Below are positions 40,680 through 53,950 of a stretch of DNA of 64,000 bases, piece by piece. The stretch comes from Octopus bimaculoides (lineage: Eukaryota). The translations under genes and the position numbers were made by a program. Position 1 is the first letter of the stretch; each line of letters begins with the position of its first letter. The stretch spans positions 99,351,744 through 99,415,743 of the forward strand of contig NC_068987.1 in NCBI RefSeq assembly GCF_001194135.2. The letters are read 5' to 3'. The notes under the pieces were generated by a model. The model was not told the DNA's origin and searched no databases. It saw only the letters and a list, made by a program, of their open reading frames with translations.

Positions 40680-40866
40680 GCGGTGAGATGGAAGAAACGT
40701 TAGCACATTGGGTGATATGCTTAGCGGTATTTCGGCTGTCTTTATGTACTAAGTTCAAATTCTGCCAAGGTCCACTTTACCTTTAATCATTTCGGGGTCG
40801 ATAAATTAGGTACCAGTTGCCCCCTCCGCAAAAATGTCGGGCTGTGTGCCTAGAGTAGAAGAGAAT
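40680..40866 (+). mobile_element. tRNA-derived SINE (same head as 5614-5845)
   Basis: gaaacgttagcaca..atgcttagcggtatttcg..gttcaaattc..ttcggggtcgataaattaggtaccagtt. Confidence 0.85.
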
Positions 40867-41251
40867 ATCATATGTGGAAAGAACGCATGACATTACAATT
40901 GTTATTAATTCCCTACTGTATAGCTCTTGAAATGTGTTTTTTTTTTCACGTTTTTATCTACCTATGGTCTACCGTGTATATTTAGAAACATTTTAAGCAT
41001 TTCTCTGTTGTTTCGAGTATTAGCTATTTCATTTTGCTTTCTTTTTTCGGAAAAGTCCGTAGAATCGCAATCTGCTTTGATAATAGGAAAAAAATAATTT
41101 CGCATTACGTAATTTCGCGTTAGGGCCAGATTTTCAAGAACGCATTACTTCCGTAAAACGAGGAATCTATCTATCTATCTTTCTATCATTATGGATAAAT
41201 ATATATGTACACATACATATATACATATGTATGTATATACACACACACATA

Positions 41252-41282
<31 letters not shown>

Positions 41283-42816
41283 TTGTGAGTACTTGTGTTT
41301 GTGTTTGTTGAAGTTGTTATTAGAAATGTGTACATTTGTTTGTTACTTTACTATTTTTTTCCCCATNNNNNNNNNNNNNNNNNNNNNNNNNNNNNNNNNN
41401 NNNNNNNNNNNNNNNNNNNNNNNNNNNNNNTATATGTAAATATATATGTAGATATACGTACACTATATCTATAAATGTCTGTATATATATATATATATAT
41501 ATATATTTGTGAGTACTTGTGTTTGTGTTTGTTGAAGTTGTTATTAGAAATGTGTACATTTGTTTGTTACTTTACTATTTTTTTCCCCATTTCCAATGTA
41601 GCTCAGTTACAGAATTCTCCTTAAAACTGTTAGAATTTCACACGTATTCCAAGGAGATAATCTAATTTAAATATGACGTTAATTAAATCTGTGAACGTGT
41701 GTTCAGAGATTACTTTGTATTTCACATCGTATCTCTGAAAGAATCTCTATTCTATGCATGATGACTCTTATGTAGAATCCTTTACTATAATACGCCAGTA
41801 ATAAAAAAAAACTGTTGATTACTTGACAATATCTGTCACATATGTGAATTCCGTGAAGAGTATTTATCCTGAGAACAAACTATTTTGCTATACTTAACAA
41901 TTGAATTAATAATTGACATGATTTCCATCGGTAATCAGAACTCTAAATGATTTAGTGATCAGAAGATGGTCGACATTCTCATTTTAGCTTTTCTAAATTG
42001 AAATGTTGATAGAAAGTAAATACTTTTTGCTGAAGAGAGATGAAATAGTGTAATTACGTTTGCAGATAACAAGGGAAGCCCTTTTCCAATATTGATTTTG
42101 ATTGGTTTACATAGTAACGGTGTTTAGTATACATACAATGATACCCATATTTGGCAGGCAGAGACATAGAAAATCAATCACTTAGGGCATTTGACTGACT
42201 CTTGTATTATCCACACAGGCAACAATCCTGATTTCCGAAAATTATTTGAGCTCAGAAAGCAAACGGACATAACTAAAAAAGCGAGGTATATTATTTTAAC
42301 TCAATATTATTTTAACTCAATGAGCATAATATATTATTGATAATGCATTGCACTAATCCTCTGCATACGCTTTGCTTCTATTCCTGCCCATAGATATTTT
42401 ATTTTATTGGAGTAAAGCAAAATATTTGGTGAGAAAGCACAACTTTTAAGATTAATTTAAGTAGTATACGAGATGTCTAGATTATTAACATCGGACAAAT
42501 GATGGAAAAGACGTTTCAATTTAACAGGAGAACGTAAAAGATGTGATACCATAAATAGTTATGAAAGTTATTAACGAATAAATTATCATAAATGGGTTTT
42601 GTAAACCTCGTGACTATTTGGAGATGTATCAAGACGTTTCTTTCATAACTGTGAGTCATGAGCAATACGCTCCTTTTTATAGAAGACCAGCAGTTTCACA
42701 TGAATGTGTCTTTTCTAATTCAATTAAAGAGCGATGTTATGTAATTGAAAGTCCAGGTACATCATGACAACTGTGACATCAAAGTTATAACAGTGAGAAA
42801 ACACTGGAGTTGGATA

Positions 42817-42871
<55 letters not shown>

Positions 42872-42872
42872 G

Positions 42873-42920
<48 letters not shown>

Positions 42921-42921
42921 T

Positions 42922-42956
<35 letters not shown>

Positions 42957-42979
42957 ATAATAATAATAATAATAATAAT
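42817..42979. repeat. (ACT)n(AAT)n compound microsatellite
   Basis: Directly visible. Confidence 0.95.
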
Positions 42980-43352
42980 GACATCAAGCATGAGACAGCG
43001 AAAATGAGAACTGCAAAATCCTGTGGGATGTAATGATCCATCCAATCCGATCAACTGGCCAGATATAGGAAACTGAACATTGTTGTGGTGAATAAAAAAG
43101 AATAACTATGTATGATTATCGACATAGCATGCCCCGACGACAACAAGATCATTGTAAAAGGAAGAGAAAAAAAAAACCATAACGACTTAAAGTGGGAAAT
43201 ACCAAGGTTGTGGTCAATGAAAAGATTGGAGATGATACCATTAGTAATTGGTGCAGTTGGGAGTATCTGTACACTACCAACCTAGATGTAAAATATCGAC
43301 GCAAGTGTGAATGTAAAACGCCTGCTAAACTAAGCATTGGTTGGAACTGCAA
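42980..43352 (+). mobile_element. R4/Dong-like REL-domain fragment, copy 1 of a tandem pair
   Basis: ENENCKILWDVMIH, IVVVNKK..MIIDIACPDDNKI, DLKWEIPRLWSM..IPLVIGAVG. Frameshifted. Confidence 0.8.
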
Positions 43353-43367
43353 GAATTATTCACAGGG

Positions 43368-44061
<694 letters not shown>

Positions 44062-44080
44062 TAATAATAATAATAATAAT

Positions 44081-44238
44081 ACATGCCCGGATGCAGTACC
44101 AGGCAGTGGCTCTCATGACTTCTGATCTTAATTGACTGGAAGTGTTATCATGTACATTGTTTTGTCCTGGCATGAAAGATGGGCTACAGCAAATATGTTG
44201 CTTAATACCATACATTTGCTTGTCAGTTGTTTGACCTT
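44081..44238 (+). repeat. Interspersed-repeat fragment between (AAT)n tracts
   Basis: gcagtaccaggcagtggctctcatg..ttctgatcttaa..gaagtgttatcatgtacattg resembles a recurrent Octopus (AAT)n-associated repeat from memory. No coding motifs. Confidence 0.45.
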
Positions 44239-44344
44239 TGAATACAGTAACCGTAACGGCATCACAGCAAACCACAGAACATACCCAAGGCACACAGGGC
44301 TGCGCTCGGTAGTGAAGTGAAAGCACGCTATAAAAATAAAACTA

Positions 44345-44420
<76 letters not shown>
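44239..44420 (+). mobile_element. Extreme 3' end (about 110 bp UTR plus (AAT)n tail) of a Dong-like LINE
   Basis: Near-identical to 45258-45390 (gcaaaccacag.acatacccaaggc.cacag.gctgcgctcggtagtgaagtgaaagcacg..aaactactgaa(aat)n). Confidence 0.85.
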
Positions 44421-44963
44421 GATTATTATAATAATAAGGATTTTTAATTGCTGCACANNNNNNNNNNNNNNNNNNNNNNNNNNNNNNNNNNNNNNNNNNN
44501 NNNNNNNNNNNNNNNNNNNNNNNNNNNNNNNNNNNNNNNNNNNNNNNNNNNNNNNNNNNNNNNNNNNNNNNNNNNNNNNNNNNNNNNNNNNNNNNNNNNN
44601 NNNNNNNNNNNNNNNNNNNNNNNNNNNNNNNNNNNNNNNNNNNNNNNNNNNNNNNNNNNNNNNNNNNNNNNNNNNNNNNNNNNNNNNNNNNNNNNNNNNN
44701 NNNNNNNNNNNNNNNNNNNNNNNNNNNNNNNNNNNNNNNNNNNNNNNNNNNNNNNNNNNNNNNNNNNNNNNNNNNNNNNNNNNNNNNNNNNNNNNNNNNN
44801 NNNNNNNNNNNNNNNNNNNNNNNNNNNNNNNNNNNNNNNNNNNNNNNNNNNNNNNNNNNNNNNNNNNNNNNNNNNNNNNNNNNNNNNNNNNNNNNNNNNN
44901 NNNNNNNNNNNNNNNNNNNNNNNNNNNNNNNNNNNNNNNNNNNNNNNNNNNNNNNNNNNNNNN

Positions 44964-45390
44964 TAGTTGTCAAAGATCATGAAGAAAAAAGATGCTTTCT
45001 AATTGATGGATCAATACCAGCAGATGACAACGTTTCTCTAAAAGAAATGGAAAGACTTTCAAAATACAAAGACCTGGAAATAGAGATAACTCGAATGTGG
45101 AATCTAAAAACAGAAAGAATTCCTATCATAGTAGGTGCCTTAGGTATAATAACAACATATTCAGACAAATACATAACAAAAACACCAGGACTTACAAATA
45201 TATATAACATACAGAAAATTGCACTACTGGGTACTACACACATTCTACGCAAAACACTTTCAATACAGTAAACATAAGAGCACCGCAGCAAACCACAGCA
45301 CATACCCAAGGCGCACAGAGCTGCGCTCGGTAGTGAAGTGAAAGCACGTTATAAAGATAAAACTACTGAACAATAATAATAATAATAGTA
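44964..45390 (+). mobile_element. Well-preserved 3' end of an R4/Dong-like LINE (REL C-terminus, stop, UTR, (AAT)n tail)
   Basis: FLIDGSIPADDNVSLKEMERLSKYKDLEIEITRMWNLKTERIPIIVGALG...IQKIALLGTTHILRKTLSIQ*. The 5' part runs into a gap. Confidence 0.93.
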
Positions 45391-45394
45391 ATGA

Positions 45395-46450
45395 GTAAGT
45401 GAAGGGCTTGGGGCCAGATGGAGTTCAAGATTTGGTGCATGTCATGTACGTATAGCTGCGCAATGTTAAATGCCGATCAAGTAGCACCAGAGTGGTTGAC
45501 ATTTGGTAGGGCAGTGCTATGCTTGAAACCCATCTAAAAAGGCAATGAAGTAGACAATTACAGGCCGATATCCTGTTTACCACTTATGTGGAAATTATTG
45601 ACTGTGATAGTCGCAGAGTCAATGTACGAGTATCTGGATAAAAATGGAGTCCTGCTACATGAGCAGAAGGGTTACAAGCGTAAGTGCAGATGTACCAATG
45701 ATCAATTGATAATATTGTACTTAGAGACTGCAACTGGAGGAAAACTAACTTAACCACATCTTGGATCGACTATCGTAAAGCGTATGATATTAGAGCACAT
45801 TCTTAGATTATGGAATCTATGAACCTATTTGATATTGCACCAAATTTTGAGCGATTGCTTGGAAAATATATGGCGAAGTGGAGGACAGAACTGACAGCAT
45901 ATGAAAGACGTTTAGGGACAATATAAATCAGATGCATCTTCCAAAGGGACCGCCTGTCCCCACTGATATCTTTACTGCGCACGATACCACTGATTCTGAG
46001 GAAAGCAAATGCTGGGTATGTATTCAAAAGCCGCCAACAAAAAGTCAACTACACGTTATTCATGGATGACCACAAACTTTATGGTAAAGATGTATCCCAT
46101 GTCAGTTCCCTTGTTCATACGGTGTATACTTTCAGTACTGATATCGGAAGGGAGTTCGGACTGAAAAAGCGTAGTGTGTTAGTCTTGAAGAGAGGCAAAA
46201 TCTAATGTGTGGACGGGCCAGTGATACCATTGAGGGAGTGCATCAAGCAGATAGAAAGAAACGAGCTATAAGTATTTGGCGATATTGGAAAAGAATAAAT
46301 TGATGGAGAAAGAAATTGCAGAAAAATCTAACGTGGAATATTTGCGCAGACTGAGACTGGTCCTGAAATTGAACTGACGGAATAAGATTGAAATTATCAA
46401 CACCTGGTCAGTTTCACTCCTTAGATATGGGGCAGGGTTAATCAATATTG
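45395..46450 (+). mobile_element. R4/Dong-like RT fragment starting directly after an (AAT)n tail
   Basis: [60 protein letters not shown] and LRYGAG. Frameshifted. Confidence 0.92.
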
Positions 46451-46670
46451 TTACCATTTTTCGCAGTGTGTCTTCTGGACTCCTTAAGAAAAATACATTC
46501 ACAGTATAGATTGCTCCCCCAAATCACTACTGGATTTTGGAAAATAACATATGAGAGCAAGACCTAGGCAATAATTAAGAAACTTACAAGACAATAACTT
46601 GGAAAACTAAAGAATCTTAGCCGAGTAGTGATTTACACTCACAAGGAATGTGTCCCTGTACATGTTAATA

Positions 46671-46742
<72 letters not shown>

Positions 46743-47485
46743 TAACGTGTGTATAGATGGCAACGCGAAAACAAGTAGGTGATCGAAACATGTCTAAGTT
46801 AATTGCAATTATGGCTGACGTAATCAAAACAAAGGAGAAAGTTTAAAAATATAAGCGAGATTGCAGTAGAGAAATTAATATTCAAATACGATGCGTTTCT
46901 ACATTCCTGTTTGTCAGGAATTCATGCAACGCACAAGCTAAACCAGTAAAGTGAAGGATACATATCATGTTCGATAAAGAAGCATAGATAAGAGGATTAG
47001 ACGAAAGCTTCTTACGCATACTTAGATATTAATGCAGTAGACAATACAGTACAAAATCTAAAGAGCAAGAAAATTTACGACGGAATATTATAGACACATT
47101 AGCTAAATACTGACAACTACACTACATGCCAAAAATACGTTAGCAAATATCAGTTTTGCCAGTGATGAGTCATATTTCTGATACTTAAATTTTGAGCCAA
47201 AGGAATTAATTAGCTTAGTAGAGAAACTAGAATAATTATAGTAAGTATAAAGGACTAATCACAATCTGATATAGGAAAACTTTGTTGACCTCTGATATAG
47301 TAAACAGTAAATGTTTTATGCAACTTGGAAGATATAACGGAGCTTCATATGCAGCACTACAAAAGGACGATGGAGAACTCTACCTCTAGTTTCGAAACAT
47401 AAAGAATATAAGAGACGAGAATAAAATTTTCTGTGCTGAAGGATATTATATGCGAACACATATACCATACAACGTAATCTGACGT

Positions 47486-47517
<32 letters not shown>

Positions 47518-49199
47518 TGGCTAAATGCAGTGATCGGCACTGAAACCATAAAACGAAAATAAAAGTGGAAAAAGCATAATAGTACTTAGTATAATTTAAC
47601 ATTTTTATACAAGTTGCATTATTTACATATACGCACTACCGTACACAGAAAAAGCACTACAGAATAAACCCGATGTAAAAGTAATTTCAGATCACAAAAT
47701 ATAAGCTAATTTAATAATCTAACGGGGAAAGTTCAAACGTATCATATATCTATGTTTATTGTGTGCATTCGTGAGTATGATGTGTGTGTGTTCGTGCGTG
47801 TACGTGCATGTGTATGTGTGTGTGTTTGTCTGTGTTTGCAATTAGGGCGCTTACAAAGAAAAGAATACATAAAATAAGTACAAAAAATAAAAACAAATGT
47901 GGAAAGAGGTAAATGTTAAGAAGGTAAATCACGAACGCAGAAAGAGTGTATGCAAAAGTAAAAAATGAATAACTACATAAGAAAGCATGGCAAATTGAAA
48001 ACGAGAATACGATCGGAATACCGACGAGTCAAATCTGAATCTGAACTAAGAAAACACAAACATAAGTGCAAAAATATGCGAACATTTTAAAGATAACAAT
48101 CTTAATATTTCATCAAATTAGGAATTATTTGAAGGGCTCTTTAAAATATCTTGTGGGTCGATGAAATGTGGTCCTAAATATCAATTAGAAAAAATGATAC
48201 ATTTGAAGATTTATTTGGGATAGGTGTGAGAGTCATATTACTAAGAACACCAAATAATCTATACGGAATCAAGAGAAGGGAAGTAGGTACATTAGAAGAT
48301 CAAATGCTTAAGGAAACGTATCGAATAATGAACGTAATGACATACTAAAGTTCAAATGAAATGAAATATCTCTGAGCCGTACAAATGAAGAAGGATATAA
48401 TAAAAGAAATGAAATCGATAACTTTCAAATACGTCAAAAACGTAATAACTCGAGAACGAAATACCTGACTTTAAGGACAGGTTTCTACAAGAATTTGTGT
48501 CCCTAAATCTCATGAAAACCGTCGTTATGAATGGCGAAAGCATTTATTAAAACAAAAGCCTCCCTACCTAAAATAAACAGATGAAAACAAAACTAATGTG
48601 AACATATCCACGGTGGTGCACCAGCATGGCCGCAGCTCTATGCTGAAACTTTAAAAAAAATATCCCTTTAATTTAAACGCATTTAAAAAAATAATAAAGT
48701 AATGTAAATCCTGTAGCAAACTAAGCGGGAAAATATTTGAGAATGAACATGAACATCCAGGGTATCACCATAACAGTTAACGTCCAAAAAATAAGCAATA
48801 CCTTAGAAACTAGCGGGATAAATACTATATTCTTGTTAAAGTATTCAACTAGAGAAAAAGAGTGGTTCTAAAGTTGTCATTAGTTTACTGAAAGAGACAA
48901 TGCAACACGTGTTTTCAATACCAAGAAGAAAAAAAAAAAAGAACAATGGAAAATGGGAATATCCTAATCCTTCAAATACATAAAACCTAAAAACTACAGA
49001 AACAGATTACCTACAGATATTACTAAAGTAACATCAGTCAATATCATAATTATTTTAGATGTAAATCTTTGAAATCTTTCCCGAAACATGGGTATCTGTA
49101 AGAATAGACATTAGACGGTAAGCACAAATTAAAAGAAAAATAGACAGTTGCAGCATATATGTAACGTACATCTTTTCTTTTCTTTTCTAATTTTCCGCT

Positions 49200-49390
49200 A
49201 TAGGCACGAGACCTGAAATTTGGGCTGGGGGAAAGTCGATTACATCGATCCTAGTACTCAACTGCTACTTAATTTTTCGACCCCGAAAGGATAAAAGGAA
49301 AAGTAGACCTCGGCGAAATTTGAGCTCAGAGCTTACCGACAGACGAAGCGTTTCTCCCGAAGTGCTTACGATTCGGCCAGCTCACCACCT
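49200..49390 (-). mobile_element. tRNA-derived SINE (same head as 5614-5845)
   Basis: tcgattacatcgatcctagtact..tcgaccccgaaaggata..gacctcggcgaaattt..gccagctcacc. Confidence 0.8.
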
Positions 49391-50429
49391 TATACGTAAT
49401 GAACAAATGACAAACATTTGCCTAAATGCAAATAAAATAACAAATTACGCAAACTAAACTTTATGTTATTACATGAGATGTAGTCTGGCAGAAATGCTTT
49501 CTTACCAATATTTGTAGAGGTGTGACTCGAATATTTTACACCAAAACACTCTACCATGAAATGCGTAGAGAATGAAATCATAGAGTTAGAAGCTTTAAAT
49601 AATGAAATTGAACATCAATGATCTATGTATTATTCACACAGAAGTGTGCAAACATTTTTCACACTTCAGCACATGTCTCACAGTAGCTCCGATACATACA
49701 GGTTATAGTTATTATGAATTGATAAAGGGTGCGCAGTTCATGCAGCAACAAAATTCTGCAAAGATAGCAACCAAACGGCGATATGTTTAGATGCCCATCT
49801 ATAAGAAACACTTATAACTGAACGCTTCAACTCGTCTACAAGCATGAAAGGTATCAAGAATCTTTATTCAGACTCATAATGTGCAAAGAAATCTGTAAAG
49901 TTATTTAAAGATTACAGAGATTGCGATGCAACATAATGAAAGATAGGAACCCCCAGTGAAAGTGAAACATCAAAGTACAAGCAAAATCAAATAGTGTCTT
50001 AAATTTGCGTAATAAGAGGAAAAGTAAGAATCCGATGTTGATACAAATACGACACATCACAGATTGTAATTTTCCTTAAAATATACATTGGTATGTGAAT
50101 GTATATGCTCATAAGCTTGCGTTCATTTATGTATCATCAATCAGAATCAGAAATTACTTGCAGCATTTGATTAAGTACTTTCATATTTGTCTCCCATGTT
50201 GTTAAAGTGGATGACCGAAATAGCCGACGTCACATCTCAGTATTAAATGCAACCTATCATAAATAAAAATGTATAATTCCTGTAATGCATACTACTTTGA
50301 AATAAAACAAGACAAACAATCATACACTATTTGCAAATACAAATAACCTTCACTTGATAAAAATGAATGAAGCTTATAAAATTCCAACGAATTGAGATAT
50401 TTAACTGACGATATATGACCTTTTCTACT

Positions 50430-50607
50430 CTAAGCAGAAGGCCCGGAATTTAGTGGGAGAGGACCAGTCATTTTTATCTACCCCAGTACGCAACTAATAT
50501 TTAATTTATCGACCCCGAAAGGTGGAATTTGAACTCAGAACGTAAAGACAGACGGACTGCTGCTAAGCATTTCGCCCGGCGTGCTAACGTTTCTGCCAGC
50601 TCGCCGC
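50430..50607 (-). mobile_element. tRNA-derived SINE with an internal deletion (same head as 5614-5845)
   Basis: tttatcgaccccgaaagg|tggaatttgaactcagaacgtaaagacagac..gctaagcatttcgcccggcgtgctaacgtttctgccagctcg. Confidence 0.88.
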
Positions 50608-50889
50608 TGATGGCATATGATGAATGCAAAATAGTTTCCGGAAGTATAATTAGTCCGCCACATGGAATTAAAGTCATGTAATATTAGACAATATTTCATT
50701 TGAAACCCATTTACATTGAGCAGAAAGAGAAAAATATTTATGTTATATCAAAATAATTAGCAAAAATTCTCCAAGGCTGTACCCCAGGAATGTTACAGCC
50801 TGATAACTGAAATATCAAACAAAAATGATGATAGATTCAGCAGGATAAAATCAATGAAGTATAGGAGTAGGTCTTGTTATATTTTATAT

Positions 50890-51280
50890 TCTGTCTTTTA
50901 CTTGTTGTAGTCTTTAGACTGCAGCCATGCTGAAGCACAGCTTTGAATAATTTTTAGTAGTAGGAAACCCTCTTTTTTGCCAAGCCACTAAGATACTGGA
51001 TCATAAATATACTAACGCCAGTGGTTAAGCGGTGGTGGGTGATGAACACACACACAAAGATATACATATTCACACACACTCACACACGCATACACACATA
51101 CATACAGCATACATACACAGGCACACACACGCACACATGCACAAACATATACAGCAAGCTTCATTCAGTTTCTTTTTACCACAACAACTCACGGGATTTT
51201 GATTGGCCCTAAGCTATACGAAAAGAATTGTGTCCACCTTACCCCACCGTGGCGCTGAACCCAGATCAATTGGAAGTCAG
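50890..51280 (-). mobile_element. Diverged copy of the CORE-like SINE (family of 6941-7346)
   Basis: ttttacttgttgtagtc..gactgcagccatgctgaagcac, ttttgccaagccactaag, and a central (CA)n tract. Confidence 0.7.
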
Positions 51281-51391
51281 TATTACCAACGAATGCAGAT
51301 AACACATCCAGTCGCACACACTCGAAACGACCTAAATGTACACACACGCACGTACTTACATATAAACATATAAACACACACCCACGCACAT

Positions 51392-51466
<75 letters not shown>

Positions 51467-52366
51467 CATAATACATACATACATACATACATGCATACAT
51501 ACATACATACATACACACATACATACATACATACATACATACATACATACATACATACATACATACATACATACAGACATTCACATAGCGGTATTCTACG
51601 AAATCAATTGAATGTGTGAGAGAGAAAGACAGAGAATGGAGAGAATAAAAATTGAAAAATTGTGTAATGTATTTTAAATATGTATAATGTAAAAGTCACT
51701 AAAATGAACATTATTCCATGAATGATATCACGCTGTTAGATAAAGTCAGCAAAATACTTAAAAATTAATAAAGATTGGCATAGAATATAATTGAAATCAC
51801 TGCATGGAATTTCACGATACATAAATATACATACATACATATGTTACAGTATAACACCATGTTAGAAAGATATCAAAATATATGTTGCGATATCTGAGAA
51901 AAAGGCGTTCACCAAAATTGATAAAACTGAAAATAACCCAGCATGAACACTTGGTTACAATTTCTGAAGTTTTCCGAATTCTGAAAATCTAGATTTTTTT
52001 CGACAGACGGAAAAAAAAAAGCCGAGAGAAAAACAGTAAAATGATATTAATAAAAAGAATAGTCTTTTTCTTTTGCTACTCTCATTTGAAGTATATTTAC
52101 AACAGAATATAAATATACTTGTATCATTGCGAATACGATTTTATTTAAATACTCATGTTAGCGCAGGGAATTTTAAGTAATATCTCCACGTCTTCCTTAT
52201 CCGAATATAGCAACAGCCACAGACACACACATACGCACACACACACAAACATACACACATACACGCACACTTACACATGAGGCGTGTTAACGAGCACATT
52301 CCGAGCTACATACATATAAATGTATATACATAGACACACACCACACACAGACACAGACACAGACAG

Positions 52367-52432
<66 letters not shown>

Positions 52433-53249
52433 GTCTATCCACATAAACAAACACATATGTGTGTATATACATGCATACCAATGTGCACACGCACACACAC
52501 ACATATATATACATATGGTAAATTCGTTACGTACATATACATTTGTATCTGCCTGTATGTGTGCGCGTGTGTGTGTGTGTGTGTTTGCGTGTGTGTGTGT
52601 GTGTGTTTGCGTGGGTTAATATATGTAGATGCTTGTATATTATGTTTTAGACATGTCATCTTTAAATCTGTCAAAAATATCGAAATGAGAACAACAAACA
52701 GCAAGAAACCAAGATGAAAAGACTACCGTTACATTACTAACAATCAATAAGACTTATTGATTTGTTAAAAAATATCAGTTATAGAATTCAAGAATATTTT
52801 GAGGAAGTAAATATAAACCATATGCCATTTCCAGGAAACAAATTGTAAATAAACTCTTCATTACTGAAAAAATATAGCAGATGCGAATACGGAGAATTCT
52901 TCATAAGTTTTACTTGCTGACACAATATGTTACTGTCAAGGAGTCATATAGTCTTCCATCATGTCCAATAACATTTTTTTCCATTGTCTTAGTCTCTATG
53001 CATGATTTCTTATATCGCTCACATTTCCCCCCTCTCTCTCTCTCTCTTTCCCTCCCTCTCTTCCTTTCTATCTCTCCTCACTCTCTCTTTCTGATATTCT
53101 ATACCTGTGTTACTTTAGGCTTATATATGTGTGTTTATGCGTGTCAATTATTCCCGGAGTATTTGATAACTGGATAACAAATGAGAGATTTTCAAAAATG
53201 GAACAGGTGAGACTGGTTACGCAATAATTGGCGAGAAAAGATGCTCTCG

Positions 53250-53950
53250 CAAAGAACAGTGGATCTCAGTCAAAATTCTGAATTTATTTTATTGGTGACA
53301 GGAAACGCAAAACCAAGCTAGAACAAAGACCAACTGGAGATTTACAGCAAAATGTATTATGATATCAACGGGCCTTGCAAGGTAGAAGGTTAGAATGCAA
53401 ATGCAATGTGGTCCAAATTGCACTAGAAATAAGAAAACTTCGTTCAGAGTCGAGCAAAACCTCACATACTTTAACAGTAATATCAAAACAGAGCCAGTGA
53501 AGGATAACAATGTCGACAACTCATGAATGAGGATGATCAATAAAAATGATGTGTGGAACATTCCGACAAAGAGCTAAACAAACGAAGAGCACCATCAAAT
53601 TTAGAACTTGATAGAATGAAAATGACACAAATAATTTAGAGGTGCACATCAGCGATGTAAGAGAGGAGGAATTGAAATACAGATTGGAAATTTCCAGCAA
53701 ATATGCTTCCGAAAATTCCATGGAATTAGAAAACAAGATAAGTTCACAAAGGAAATGGTGCTTCGAAAAACCAATGTCACATGCTCGATTATTTCTACCA
53801 GGGGAACAAGAATGCAGGTCGCACGCCATGCCCAACGTATTGACAATATCATAGCAAGAATTTCAAAGACAGGTTTAATTGATGGTTGAAAAAGACCCAA
53901 GTCAAAGAAAATCTTGAGATGCACTCTAAAAGATAACCTGCACAGTTATG
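53250..53950 (+). mobile_element. Highly decayed REL-LINE RT fragment
   Basis: TDWKFPAN (~NWKAPG) and FLPGEQECRS (~LPxEQKGCR) in different frames. Confidence 0.5.

Noticed and set aside
41281-41590. 86-bp exact direct repeat (41281-41366 and 41505-41590)
   Set aside because: The copies flank an N-gap and each follows an (AT)n tract, which is typical of unmerged contig ends or haplotypes.
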